DNA of 64,000 nucleotides from Alphaproteobacteria bacterium. Its GTDB lineage: Bacteria; Pseudomonadota; Alphaproteobacteria; UBA828. The DNA lies in contig OZ243972.1 of the NCBI GenBank assembly GCA_965214705.1, positions 3,328,001 to 3,392,000 on the forward strand, given 5' to 3'. Below the pieces are notes generated by a model. That model made no database searches, was not told the DNA's origin, and saw nothing but the letters and a program-made list of their open reading frames with translations. Position numbers and translations under genes: made by a program. Of the stretch, positions 10,825 through 20,570 are shown in pieces (the first letter of the stretch is position 1; each line of letters starts with the position of its first letter).

Positions 10825-11511
10825 ATGACCGCTCACGACATCGACCTCGCGGCGCTCGGCCGCTACGACACGCCCACCATCTGCAACGCGCTGCTCGCGA
10901 TCGCGCCGCAGGCGGCGGGGCGCTCGACCAAGGCGACGCTCCAGTGCGCCCGCCCCGACCTGCCGCCGATGGTGGGCTTCGCGCGCACCACGCTCTACCG
11001 CACGCTGGAGCCCGGCGGCCTCGACGCCGAGGCTGAGAAGGCGCAGGACCTCGCCTGGTTCGACTACGTTGCTGCCGGGCCTGAGCCCCGCATCGTCGTG
11101 GTGCAGGACGGCGACACGCCCCACGCCGCCACCAACGCCCTCTTCGGCGAGGTGATGAGCTTCATGCACAGCGCGCTCGGCTGCATCGGCCTTATCACCA
11201 ACGGCGCCGTCCGCGACGTGGCCGGCATGACCGAGGGCTTCCAGGTTCTGCACGGCGGCATCCGGCCCAACCGCGCCGACTATCACCGGGTGGATTTCGA
11301 CTGCGAGGTCAACGTCGCCGGGCTCTACGCGCGCACCGACACGCTCATTCATGCCGACGTCAACGGCGCCGTCGTCGTCCCGCCCGAGCTTGTGCCGCAG
11401 ATACTGGAGGCGGCGGTCGCGGTCACCAGGAAGGAGCAGGCGATCATCGACTTCTGCCGCGACCCCGATGTCACGGCCGACAGCTTCAAGCGCTTCTGGC
11501 GTGAAGGCTGA
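10825..11511 (+). CDS. RraA/HMG aldolase family protein
   Basis: DTPTICNAL, FGEVM, TNGAVRD, HADVNG; GGAGG RBS. Confidence 0.85.
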   Translation: MTAHDIDLAALGRYDTPTICNALLAIAPQAAGRSTKATLQCARPDLPPMVGFARTTLYRTLEPGGLDAEAEKAQDLAWFDYVAAGPEPRIVVVQDGDTPHAATNALFGEVMSFMHSALGCIGLITNGAVRDVAGMTEGFQVLHGGIRPNRADYHRVDFDCEVNVAGLYARTDTLIHADVNGAVVVPPELVPQILEAAVAVTRKEQAIIDFCRDPDVTADSFKRFWREG

Positions 11512-11517
11512 CCGCCG

Positions 11518-12258
11518 GTGCGTATCCTCCTCCTGCAGAACCACGACAACTCCGGGCCGGGCTACCTGGAGGAGCCGGCGGCGCGGCGCGGCGTCCGCTT
11601 CGAGGCCTGCATGCCGCACCTCGATGCCGACCACCGGCTGCCCGAGGACGACTCGGGCTACGACGGCTTCCTTCTCATGGGGGGCGCCATGCACGCAGGC
11701 CACGTGGAGGAGCATCCCTGGCTCGAGGACGCGGCGGCGCTGGTGCGGCGCTTTACCGAGGCGGAGAAGCCGGTGCTCGGCGTTTGCCTCGGCTCGCAGA
11801 TCGTCGCGCGCGCCTTCGGCGGGCGCTGCTACGACGTGGATGTGCCCGAGGTGGGCTTCGTGCCGATCCGGCTGACGCAGGCGGCGGAGACCGACCCGCT
11901 GCTCGGCCAGGGTTTCGACAATCCCGTCCACCTCGCCGAGTTCCACAGCCAGACCTTCGACATTCCCGAGGGCGCTACCCGGCTCATGGTGGGCGAGGAG
12001 GTGCCCAACCAGGCCTTCCGCATCGGGGCAGCGACCTATTCCTTCCAGCCCCACTTCGAGGTAACGCCGGAGATGATGACGCACTGGGTCTCGATCTCCG
12101 ACGAGATCGTGCCCACCCACTATCCGACGCTGCCCGACGCGCTGCCGCACCAGCTGCAGCTCCACCACTTCGCCTCGCACGATTTCTGCTACCGCGTGGG
12201 CGACGCTTGGCTCGACCTCATCGCCGCACGGGCGCGACGGGACGGGGCGGGCGGCTGA
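11518..12258 (+). CDS. Type 1 glutamine amidotransferase
   Basis: GVCLGSQ nucleophile elbow, FQPHFE. Confidence 0.88.
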   Translation: MRILLLQNHDNSGPGYLEEPAARRGVRFEACMPHLDADHRLPEDDSGYDGFLLMGGAMHAGHVEEHPWLEDAAALVRRFTEAEKPVLGVCLGSQIVARAFGGRCYDVDVPEVGFVPIRLTQAAETDPLLGQGFDNPVHLAEFHSQTFDIPEGATRLMVGEEVPNQAFRIGAATYSFQPHFEVTPEMMTHWVSISDEIVPTHYPTLPDALPHQLQLHHFASHDFCYRVGDAWLDLIAARARRDGAGG

Positions 12259-12324
12259 CGCTGGTGACCCCTACGGTCTGAGACGGCGGCGCTGCCCTGT
12301 AGAACCTGAGCCCCTACCAAATGT

Positions 12325-12419
12325 CGTCATGCCCGGACTTGATCCGGGCATCTCTCTCAGCAAGGGCCACCCGCCGCCAGGCAAACACGTGGATGGCCGC
12401 AACGAGTGCGGCCATGACG
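12325..12419. repeat. REP/RIME-like paired palindrome element
   Basis: CGTCATGCCCGGACTTGATCCGGGCATC ... GATGGCCGCAACGAGTGCGGCCATGACG: two hairpins in inverted arrangement with CGTCATG/CATGACG ends, typical of alphaproteobacterial intergenic repeats. Confidence 0.75.
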
Positions 12420-12465
12420 TATTCGGGATGCCGTGCATGTGGATAGAAGCTTCTCAAGCGAGACA

Positions 12466-12753
12466 CTAGGCAGCGCTAATGCGCTCAACCTGTATCGTCT
12501 GCTCAAGGTGGCGGGACTGCGCCAGATCGAAGGCCAACTGCATGCCAAGCCATGTCTCCGGCGTCGAGCCGAAGGCCTTCGACAGGCGATAGGCCATCTC
12601 GATGGAGACCGACGCCTTCTCGTTTACCAGATTGGAAAGCGTCTGGCGCCCGACGCCGAGCCGCCTCGCGCCTTCGGTAACGGTGAGACCCAATGGCTTC
12701 AGGCAGTCTTCGCGAACGATGGCACCGGGATGCACGGGGTTCTTCATGGCCAT
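12466..12753 (-). CDS. higA: HigA antitoxin (HTH)
   Basis: MKNPVHPG, SIEMAYRLSKAFGSTPETWLGMQ. Confidence 0.92.
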   Translation of the reverse strand: MAMKNPVHPGAIVREDCLKPLGLTVTEGARRLGVGRQTLSNLVNEKASVSIEMAYRLSKAFGSTPETWLGMQLAFDLAQSRHLEQTIQVERISAA

Positions 12754-12764
12754 CGTAGGGTCTC

Positions 12765-13043
12765 CTAGTGGTAGTCCAGGTAGTCGACATCCGCGGCGTG
12801 TCCGTCTTCGAACCGAAACGTCACCCGCCAGTTGGCGGAGACGGATACGGCATAATGCCTCTGCAGGCGGCCCTTGAGCGGATGAAGCCGAAAGCCAGGA
12901 ATGTCCATTCCCTCGGGACCACGGCTCTGGTCCAGGGCAGTCAGAATTCGCAGAAGTTTCCCGACGTGCTGCTGAGCCACCTTCGCTGAACGATGCTGCT
13001 CGTATAGCTCCTTCAAACCGCGATGCCGAAAGGACCTGATCAC
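12765..13043 (-). CDS. higB: HigB (RelE-like) toxin
   Basis: MIRSFRHRGL, PGFRLHPLKG, VSANWRVTFRF, DYH; toxin-first gene order. Confidence 0.92.
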   Translation of the reverse strand: MIRSFRHRGLKELYEQHRSAKVAQQHVGKLLRILTALDQSRGPEGMDIPGFRLHPLKGRLQRHYAVSVSANWRVTFRFEDGHAADVDYLDYH

Positions 13044-13104
13044 GCGTCATATGTATGGTGTCTATCGACACTAGTCAACTGAACATCGGGCCTATTGCCG
13101 CCGA

Positions 13105-14049
13105 TCATGTGTCCTCCCCGAAATTCGCGTGGGCGAGTGTCGCGGTCCCGAGATCTGCGAGCGCGGATCCAGAGGACTTGAAGAGCGTGATTTCCTGTTC
13201 GTCGCCGCGGCCGGCGACGGTTCCCCGGCAGAGGCCCGTCAGGTCGCCCGCGATCGCCTTCTCCGTCAGCGCGCCGGACTGGATCGGCCCGATGATGTCG
13301 CCGCTCTCCTTCAAGGCTCCTTCCGTATCGATGTAGACGCGCGCGCGGCGCACCGCCGCGTCGTCGGCTTCGCGCATGTGGGGCCTGAAGCTGCCGATCA
13401 GGTCGAGATGCTGTCCAGGCCTGAGCCACGCGCCCGCGATCAGGGGGTTGATTGCCAGCGTTGCACAGCTGATGATGTCGGCGTCCGCGACCGCAGCCTC
13501 GAGATCCGTCGCGGCCGCGGCGCGAAACCCCGCGCCGTTCAGCCTTCGCGCCAGCTTGTCGGCATTCTCCGCATTGATGTTCCAGACCGTGACGTCCTCG
13601 ATCGGACGCACGGCACGAAACGCGTCCGCCAGGTTGGCGGCGACGCATCCGGCGCCGACCACCAGCAGCCGGCGCGCGTCCACGGGCGCCAGATAGCTCG
13701 CCGCCAGTGCGGCGGTAGCGGCGGTGCGCCGGTCGGTGAGCTCGCCGCCATCCAGCGCCGCCAGGTGCCGCCCGGTCTTCGCATCGAAGAGAAGATAAGA
13801 CGAGGACACCGAGGGGATTCCGATGGCCGCGTTGCCCGGATTGACGTTCACGATCTTGACCCCGCCGAGGCCCGCCGGGTTCCACGCGGGCATCAGGAGC
13901 AGCGCCGCGTCCGGCTGCCCGTCGAGCGCGATGGCGTGGTGATGGCGCAAGGGCGCGGCGGCGCCGGCCCGGAACATCTCCCGCAGCGCCTCGATCAGCG
14001 CATCGAACGGCAGCAGGTCTCGGGTCTCTTCGGCACTGAAGACGTGCAT
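13105..14049 (-). CDS. Ornithine cyclodeaminase/mu-crystallin family protein
   Basis: LLLMPAW, LTDRRTAA, GQHLDLIGSF, TLFKSSGSALADL. Confidence 0.9.
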   Translation of the reverse strand: MHVFSAEETRDLLPFDALIEALREMFRAGAAAPLRHHHAIALDGQPDAALLLMPAWNPAGLGGVKIVNVNPGNAAIGIPSVSSSYLLFDAKTGRHLAALDGGELTDRRTAATAALAASYLAPVDARRLLVVGAGCVAANLADAFRAVRPIEDVTVWNINAENADKLARRLNGAGFRAAAATDLEAAVADADIISCATLAINPLIAGAWLRPGQHLDLIGSFRPHMREADDAAVRRARVYIDTEGALKESGDIIGPIQSGALTEKAIAGDLTGLCRGTVAGRGDEQEITLFKSSGSALADLGTATLAHANFGEDT

Positions 14050-14650
14050 GATTACGTTCCTCGATTACGTAGCGGGGCAACGCAGCCTTTCGGGCCGGCG
14101 CTCCCCACCGGCCGGCGTGGCCCTGCGGCGGAAGTCACGTCCGGGATTCTATGACACCGTCCTCGTTGATGCAGCGCGCGGCGCCGGAACCAGGCGGTCC
14201 TCGCCCGCATTTCTCACCACGTTCATGGTCTGCGCGGCGCTGTCCGGCCGACAGGGTAGGAACGGCGCGCAGCGCGATGTGGGGCATCGGGCGAGCGGTT
14301 TGACGCACTCTGTGGGCGGAACAGCGCTGCCCTTCGGGTCGCGCCCAGGCGCCCGCCCGCGTCGTCGCGGGCTTCAACCGTATTCCCCGATACGCCTTTC
14401 GGCCCGCTCCTGGCGGGTCGAACGCCTGGGCGCGACGCAGGTCGTGACTCTGGTGAGAAACCATAGTGACTTACTGCGCCTCCTGTTGTCCTGAGATGCC
14501 TGGAGAGGCTTGGAGGTTCATTTTGTTGTGGTATTGAAATGATCTATCCGGCCTGGAGCGGACTGTAGGTCCCCCGAAGGGTCCTGAGGTTACTTCCATG
14601 TGTTGTAGTAGGTGTTGATTTGATATGCCCCGACATGCCACAATCCATGC

Positions 14651-16244
14651 ATGTCAAACATATCCGGAAAGCGCGTCGCACGCGTCAAGCTCACAATCGC
14701 CAAGCGCGCCATCGACAGCCTCGAGCCCGCCCACAAGCCATGGATCGCATGGGACGATAAGCTCACTGGCTTCGGCGTCCAGGTCCACCCGTCTGGCGCC
14801 AAGTCCTACATCGTCAACTACCGCCCCGGCGCGGGCGGCAGGGCGGCGCCCAACAAGCGCCTCGTCATCGGGCGCTGCGACAGGATGGCGCCGGAGCAGG
14901 CGCGGCGCGAGGCCCACAGGCTGCTCGGCATGGTCGCCGTGGGCGAGGACCCGGCGGCGGCGCGCGCCAGGAGTCGGCGCATGCCGCCCCTCAGGGAGGC
15001 CTTCGAGCAGTACATGGCGTCCAATCCCAAGCGCAGGGCGAGCACGACCGAGAACTACCGCGATCGGTTCGAGCGGCCTCTCTCGGACTGGCTCGGCCGT
15101 TCTCTCGACGCCATCACGCGCAGCGACGTGGAGGATCGATTCAACCGTATTACCGAGAAAGGCTTATCCCTCTGGCTCCGGTTCCCCAACATGTTGTACC
15201 GGCCACCTCGGCGGCGGTATCCGACACGGTCGCAGTTCCTTCCGTGTCTCAATGGGTTGCCCGTAAAGTGCCCAGCGATCCGGCACCCCACATATGGAGA
15301 AGCCGGATGTAAGGGGATAAGCCTTTACCGAGAAACACGGCTGGGCGACCGCCAATCAGTGCATCTCCCTGCTGCGCTCGGTCTATCGCCGGCCCTGCGT
15401 GGACTACGAAGGGCTGGTCAATCCCGTCGATCTCTGGCTGGCTGGCGGGGGCCGGTTCCACCCCAAGCCGCGCCGCAAGATCCCGCCGCCGGCGGAGGTC
15501 CTGCCGTGCTGGCGCAGGGGCATCGAGGCTGTGGTGAGCAACCCGGCTCTTCGGGACGTGTTCTGGTTCGGCATGTACACGGGCATGCGGCTCGGCGAGG
15601 TGCTGCCGCTCAGGTGGGAGCGTGTGAGCCGGGAGGCGCAGGTCTTCCGTGTGGACAACACCAAGACGGGGGCGCCGCTGGAGTTGCCCATCACCCGGCA
15701 GCTCGCAGACATTCTCGATCGTCGGTGGGGCGAGAGCGGTCACCTGAAAGGCGGCTGGGTGTTTCCCTCTGCCGCCAGTCGCACGGGCTACTTCGTGAAG
15801 CTGACGTATTTCTATCGCCGGATCAGCGAGGCCGGTGGCGCGAAGTTCTGGTTCCACGGGATGCGCAACTGCTTCATCACGGTGGCCGAGCGCGAGCTGA
15901 TGCTGCCGCACGCCCTGACCAAGCGTCTGGTGAACCATGCGCCGCCCCGCGACGTCACCGAGGGGTACACCGCCGACTGGACGATCGGGCAGTTGCGCGA
16001 ACCCGCTCAGCGTATCGCGGATCGCATCGAGGCGTTGATGGGAGCTGAGCCCAACTGCGTTGTCGGGGGAATGGAGACGCCGGTTCCTGACCTGAAGGAG
16101 GAGACGGTCCATTCTCGGATGGCGGCTTGCCGCGCGCAACGGCAACGCAGGAAGTCGAGGACGGGTGACAAAGCTCAGGCATCCACAGGCGTCTCCTCGG
16201 CATTGGCGTCCGCCAGCGGGGACCAACCGGCCTCCGCGAAATGA
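14651..16244 (+). pseudogene. Tyrosine integrase with arm-binding domain, disrupted by a MITE
   Basis: N-terminal WDDKLTGFGV and catalytic GMRLGE, HGMR, VNH, EGY; removing 15159-15333 (175 bp) restores one frame (..RITEKHGWATANQCISLLRSVYRR..). Confidence 0.88.
15159..15325. mobile_element. 167-bp MITE with IS1595-family (ISSod11-like) ends
   Basis: TIRs AAGGCTTATCCC/GGGATAAGCCTT; 8-bp TSD TACCGAGA at 15151-15158 and 15326-15333. Confidence 0.85.
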
Positions 16245-16599
16245 TTGCGTGCGGTTTCGTCAGGAAACATGATCAATCGCTCGGAAGTACCGCCCTCATC
16301 GTGGACTCCGCTCTGACGTGCAACGTTGGTTTTCTCCTCGGGCTCGCGCGCCCCGGCGGTACGCGCGGTGAGGATCATCACGAGGCGGGCGGTGCGCTTC
16401 CTGACGCGCGGTGTTGAGTTGCCGGACATGCCTTGATCGGCATCGACTGCGGGTCCTGGACCGGCGCCTCGTCCAGCCGGCTACATTGATGCGAGCATTT
16501 GCACCTCCGTCAGTTCAGCTATCCGCATCCGATGAAGAACAGCGACCAGGGCCACATGCTTTCCTCCTCATCTGTGGCTGGCCGACTCCCTGGCGGATC

Positions 16600-16803
16600 G
16601 AAGACCAGCCAAAGCGGGCCTCTCCCGCCGATGCGCTCCCACGGAACCAGCTTGTCCATCTTCTCAAGGAACAGCTTGCGCCGCGTCCGGCGCTTCTTCA
16701 AGTCGTGCTCCAGTTCCGCAAAGCTTGCCTGTGCCATGACCCGATCATCCAATCCGCGACTCCTGTCGCAAACTGTGGCACACCCGACTTGATCAGACCT
16801 TCC
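16600..16803 (-). pseudogene. IS5-family left end and transposase N-terminal remnant
   Basis: GGAAGGTCTGATCAAGTC end flanked by TTAA; MAQASFAELEHDLKKRRTRRKLFLEKMDKLVPW from 16737; left coordinate approximate. Confidence 0.75.
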
Positions 16804-17189
16804 TTAACCTTTACAGGGCAGGCCAACTCCTATGTCAAAGCTCATTACGACGCCTCCTCGAACGCTGAAGGTCGTCATCAATTACGGAACTTCGAAACAG
16901 GTTGCGACATCTTTGGCCGCATCCGACCAGACCCCCGGAGCCGTTCGAAGGTGTGCATCAACGGAAGCGTCCACAGATGTCTCTAACTTGAGTGGCCAGC
17001 TCCTCGCCTTGAGGTGGCTCCGAAAACAATCGTCATGCCAAGCTGGTCTGCACCTTAAGCGTGACATGGCGACCATGAGGCAAACGAGCCCGAATTTTTT
17101 CGGACCCGGTGGACCAAACTCGGGGCGAGCCCATTCTTCTCTTTGCCACTTATGAAGATGGAGCAATCTGGTGAGGAGCGACCAGCCAG

Positions 17190-18596
17190 TTATATCGGAG
17201 GCCGTCGATCTGCCCAGGGTCGTGCCTGCTCGAAGGCGCGAGCCGCCTGGAGCACGGTTAGTTCGGCGAAGCGCTTGCCCACGATTTGCAGCCCGACCGG
17301 CAGGCCCGCATCGGTGAAGCCGCAGGGCACGGAGGCGGCGGGGTTGCCGCTGAAGTTGAATGGATAGGAAAACTCGGCCCACACGATCCAGTCCCACGGG
17401 TGGGAGGGCCAGTGTTTTGGCTGCTGCCGATCGGCTGGGAATGCCGCCACCGAGACGGTGGGCGTGAGCAGCAGGTCCCACTCCTCGAAGAAGCGGTGCA
17501 CCGCCTCCACATAGGCGAGCTTGCGCGCCCGCATCTTGAGATAATCCGTGCCCGTCATTCCATCTACCGAGCGAATGCAGGCGACAAGGCCGGGGTCCAT
17601 GCGGTCTTCGTAATCGTCAAAGTAGTGACGATAGGCAGCGTTGAGCTGCATGGGCCAAGTGACGCGGACAATCTGGGGCCCGTCGGGGCCGAAAGGCACC
17701 GTGGGGTTGTCGACCGTGCAGCCCAGCGATTGGAATGCTTCGGCCGCGCTCTGCACCAACGCCGCAACCTCGGGATCGACCCGAGCGTGTCCGAGATCGG
17801 GACTGAAGGCGACCTCCAGGCCCGCGATCCCGTCTTCGAGCTGCGCCGGATAGTCGGCGGGCGGGGCCTCCAGACTGGTGTGGTCCCACGGATGGGGGCC
17901 CGCCATCGCCTTGAGCATCAGGGCGGCGTCGGCCACCGTCCGGGTCATCGGCCCCACGTGAGAAATCTGGTCGTTGTTCGGCACCGGCCAGTTGGGCACC
18001 CGGCCAAAGGTTGGTTTGATGCCAAACGTGCCGCAGAAGTGCGAGGGCATACGGATCGAGCCCGCGCCGTCCGAGCCCTGGTGAAGCGGCCCGTAGCCCG
18101 CCGCCGCCGCAGCGGCCGCGCCGGCCGAGGAGGCACCTGCGTTATAGCCGTCCTTCCAGGGGTTGGAGGTGATTCCGGTGGGCGGACTCCAGCTCACCCC
18201 CGTCCAGGCGAACTCCGATATGGTGGTCTTGCCGAGGCTGATGGCGCCGGCCTCCGCCAGCCGGGTCACCACGGGTGCGTCGACGGTCGGCACGTAGCCC
18301 TCCCACGCGTACGAGCCGCGCTCGGTCGGAATTCCCGCAGTCTCGGTCAGGTCCTTGATGGTGACCGGGAGACCGAAGAGCGCGCCATCGGCGCCCCCCT
18401 GCATCAGCGCAGCCTCCGCGTGGCGAGCGCCCTCCCGCGCACGCTCGGCGGTGAGCGCCGCGAAAGCGTTAATGCGAGGCTCGCAGGCCTCGATACGGGC
18501 CAATACGGCGTCGATCAGCTCGACTGGCGAGAGCGCCTTGCTACGGACCAGAGGCGCAAGCTCGGTCGCAGGCGTGAAGCAGAGGTCATCGGTCAC
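17190..18596 (-). CDS. Amidase signature family enzyme
   Basis: IKDL, GASSAGA, GSDGAGSIRMPS; GTG start at 18596 after GAGG. Confidence 0.92.
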   Translation of the reverse strand: MTDDLCFTPATELAPLVRSKALSPVELIDAVLARIEACEPRINAFAALTAERAREGARHAEAALMQGGADGALFGLPVTIKDLTETAGIPTERGSYAWEGYVPTVDAPVVTRLAEAGAISLGKTTISEFAWTGVSWSPPTGITSNPWKDGYNAGASSAGAAAAAAAGYGPLHQGSDGAGSIRMPSHFCGTFGIKPTFGRVPNWPVPNNDQISHVGPMTRTVADAALMLKAMAGPHPWDHTSLEAPPADYPAQLEDGIAGLEVAFSPDLGHARVDPEVAALVQSAAEAFQSLGCTVDNPTVPFGPDGPQIVRVTWPMQLNAAYRHYFDDYEDRMDPGLVACIRSVDGMTGTDYLKMRARKLAYVEAVHRFFEEWDLLLTPTVSVAAFPADRQQPKHWPSHPWDWIVWAEFSYPFNFSGNPAASVPCGFTDAGLPVGLQIVGKRFAELTVLQAARAFEQARPWADRRPPI

Positions 18597-18758
18597 CGGC
18601 GGTTCCTCAGCGGTCGTGGTCTGGTTCAAGGATTATGGCGGCAGCGGTTAACCCTGTCATCTCGCGCCCCAGAGCGACGGAAGAGAATCCGCTGCTCGTG
18701 CTTTGGCCTTGTGTTACTGTGCGAGGAGAGCAGTCGTGACGGACGAGCGGAGGTGAAT

Positions 18759-20078
18759 GTGGAAGATTCACAGGCGATCGTCATCGATACGGACTGGTCA
18801 TACGAAGCCGTTGCGGCAAAACGACGGCAGTTCATGGCTCCCTCGGTCGCCACCTTTACCGCCTATGAGCAGCCCCTCGTGCTCAACCGAGGCGACGGCC
18901 AGTATCTCTGGGATGAAGCGGGCAAGAAGTACCTCGACTGCTTGGCGCAGAACTTAACGATCAGCGTTGGACACAATCATCCGCTGGTCTCGAGCGAGGC
19001 GCGCAAACAGCTCGATTCCATGCAGCATTGCACGACTATGTACTACCACCCCGTGCCCGCTCATTTTGCGGAAGAGCTGGTGGCACGCATGCCCCCCGGG
19101 CACGACTGGGTGGTCCACTTCACGAACAGCGGTGCTGAGGCGGTGGATCTCGCGGTGCTGATGGCACGCGCCCACACGGGAAATTTCGAGATCATCGCGC
19201 TGCGCAACTCGTTCCACGGTCTGCACACGACTGCCATGGCGACGACCGGCATGGCTGTTTGCCGCCAGCCTGTGCCCGTGCCGGCCGGCGTGCTTCACGT
19301 CAGTAATCCCGACCAGTATCGGGGCATGCACGGCGCCACGGTCGAGCCTTATCTCGAGGAAATCGATCGTCTGCTTCAGAGTTCGACCCCAGGAGTGATC
19401 GCGGGCTTCATCGTTGAACCGATTCAGGGCTATGGCGGCGTAATCCCCCTGCCCGAGGGGTATCTCCCGACGGCCTACGAGCGCGCGCGCGCGGCCGGTG
19501 GCGTGTGTATCGTCGATGAAGTACAAACCGGCTTCGCGCGTCTGGGAGAGAACCTCTTCGCCTTCGACGACCACGGCGTGGTCCCCGATATTGTGGTCCT
19601 CGGCAAGGGCATCAGCAACGGGTTTCCGCTCTCGGCCGTGGTCGCCAAGCGTGAAATCGCCGAGGCGATGGCGCAGCGCAAGTTCTTCAATACCTACGCC
19701 GCGAACCCGGTATCCTGCGCCGCCGGACGGGCGGTCCTGCGCGCGATCGACGGCGAGGGCCTCCAAGACAACGCGCGCAAGGTCGGCGAATTGATGATGC
19801 GCGATCTGCGGGCGCTGCAGCAGAAGTACGACATTATCGGCGACGTGCGCGGCAAAGGGCTCATGATCGGTGTCGATCTCGTTCGGGACAGGCGAAGCAA
19901 GGAGCCTGCCGTGACCGAGACCGTACGGGTCTTCGAGCGCACGAAGGAGCTTGGCCTGGTCGTCGGCAAGTCCGGCATCCACGGCAATCTGCTGCGTATC
20001 AGCCCGCCGCTCTGCATTCAGGAAAGCGATGTCGGTTTCTTCACCGAGGTCCTGGATAACAGTTTCGCCGCGCTTTGA
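18759..20078 (+). CDS. Class III PLP aminotransferase (AGXT2/omega-transaminase-like)
   Basis: GDGQYLWD, NSGAEAVD, EPIQGYGG, DEVQTGF, LGKG; GTG start after GGAGG (start approximate). Confidence 0.9.
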   Translation: MEDSQAIVIDTDWSYEAVAAKRRQFMAPSVATFTAYEQPLVLNRGDGQYLWDEAGKKYLDCLAQNLTISVGHNHPLVSSEARKQLDSMQHCTTMYYHPVPAHFAEELVARMPPGHDWVVHFTNSGAEAVDLAVLMARAHTGNFEIIALRNSFHGLHTTAMATTGMAVCRQPVPVPAGVLHVSNPDQYRGMHGATVEPYLEEIDRLLQSSTPGVIAGFIVEPIQGYGGVIPLPEGYLPTAYERARAAGGVCIVDEVQTGFARLGENLFAFDDHGVVPDIVVLGKGISNGFPLSAVVAKREIAEAMAQRKFFNTYAANPVSCAAGRAVLRAIDGEGLQDNARKVGELMMRDLRALQQKYDIIGDVRGKGLMIGVDLVRDRRSKEPAVTETVRVFERTKELGLVVGKSGIHGNLLRISPPLCIQESDVGFFTEVLDNSFAAL

Positions 20079-20320
20079 GCGCGTCGCGCCATATTCCCGC
20101 CGCTCCCGCCCGGTGAGCTTCTTTGTCCTGCGCGCGAAATCCAACACCAAGCTCCGCCGCCTCTACTCCCGCCCTGTCGCGGTCTCATCTGCGATCAGGT
20201 CGTACGTCAACAGCGCGACCGATTATCTGCTGGCACATCGAGTTGTTCTTCAAATGGAGACGCGGTGTCGTCGCAGCGCTCGAGAAAACGCCTCTCTATC
20301 AACTGTTTGACCCAGAGGAC

Positions 20321-20541
20321 CTGGGCGGCGCCGCTTGAGGATTCGCTGCCGGCCGGTCCCGCCGCCGCTTGTCAAGCAAAGGGGTGCGCGATACGTTTTG
20401 ATTGACGGGCCTGCGATCCGAATATTGGGACTCCACACCATCGGATAGACCGCTCCAAAGGCTGCAGTTGACGGTGAGCCGTGTCTGCAGACGCTCGTCG
20501 CGCGCTGGGCGGCGCCGCTTGAGGATTCGCTGCCGGCCGGT
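20321..20541 (+). repeat. Perfect 37-bp direct repeat pair
   Basis: CTGGGCGGCGCCGCTTGAGGATTCGCTGCCGGCCGGT at 20321-20357 and 20505-20541. Confidence 0.9.
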
Positions 20542-20570
20542 GGCACAGCAACGCCCGAAGGGACTCTGAA

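Noticed and set aside
14100-14650. tRNA/att site for the 14651 integrase
   Set aside because: No tRNA fold or matching direct repeat could be found by eye.
17286-20078. 930-aa fusion protein
   Set aside because: The first half is the antisense shadow of the amidase; the real aminotransferase starts near 18759.
20321-20541. 37-bp repeats as a CRISPR array
   Set aside because: Only two copies, a 147-bp spacer and no cas genes.
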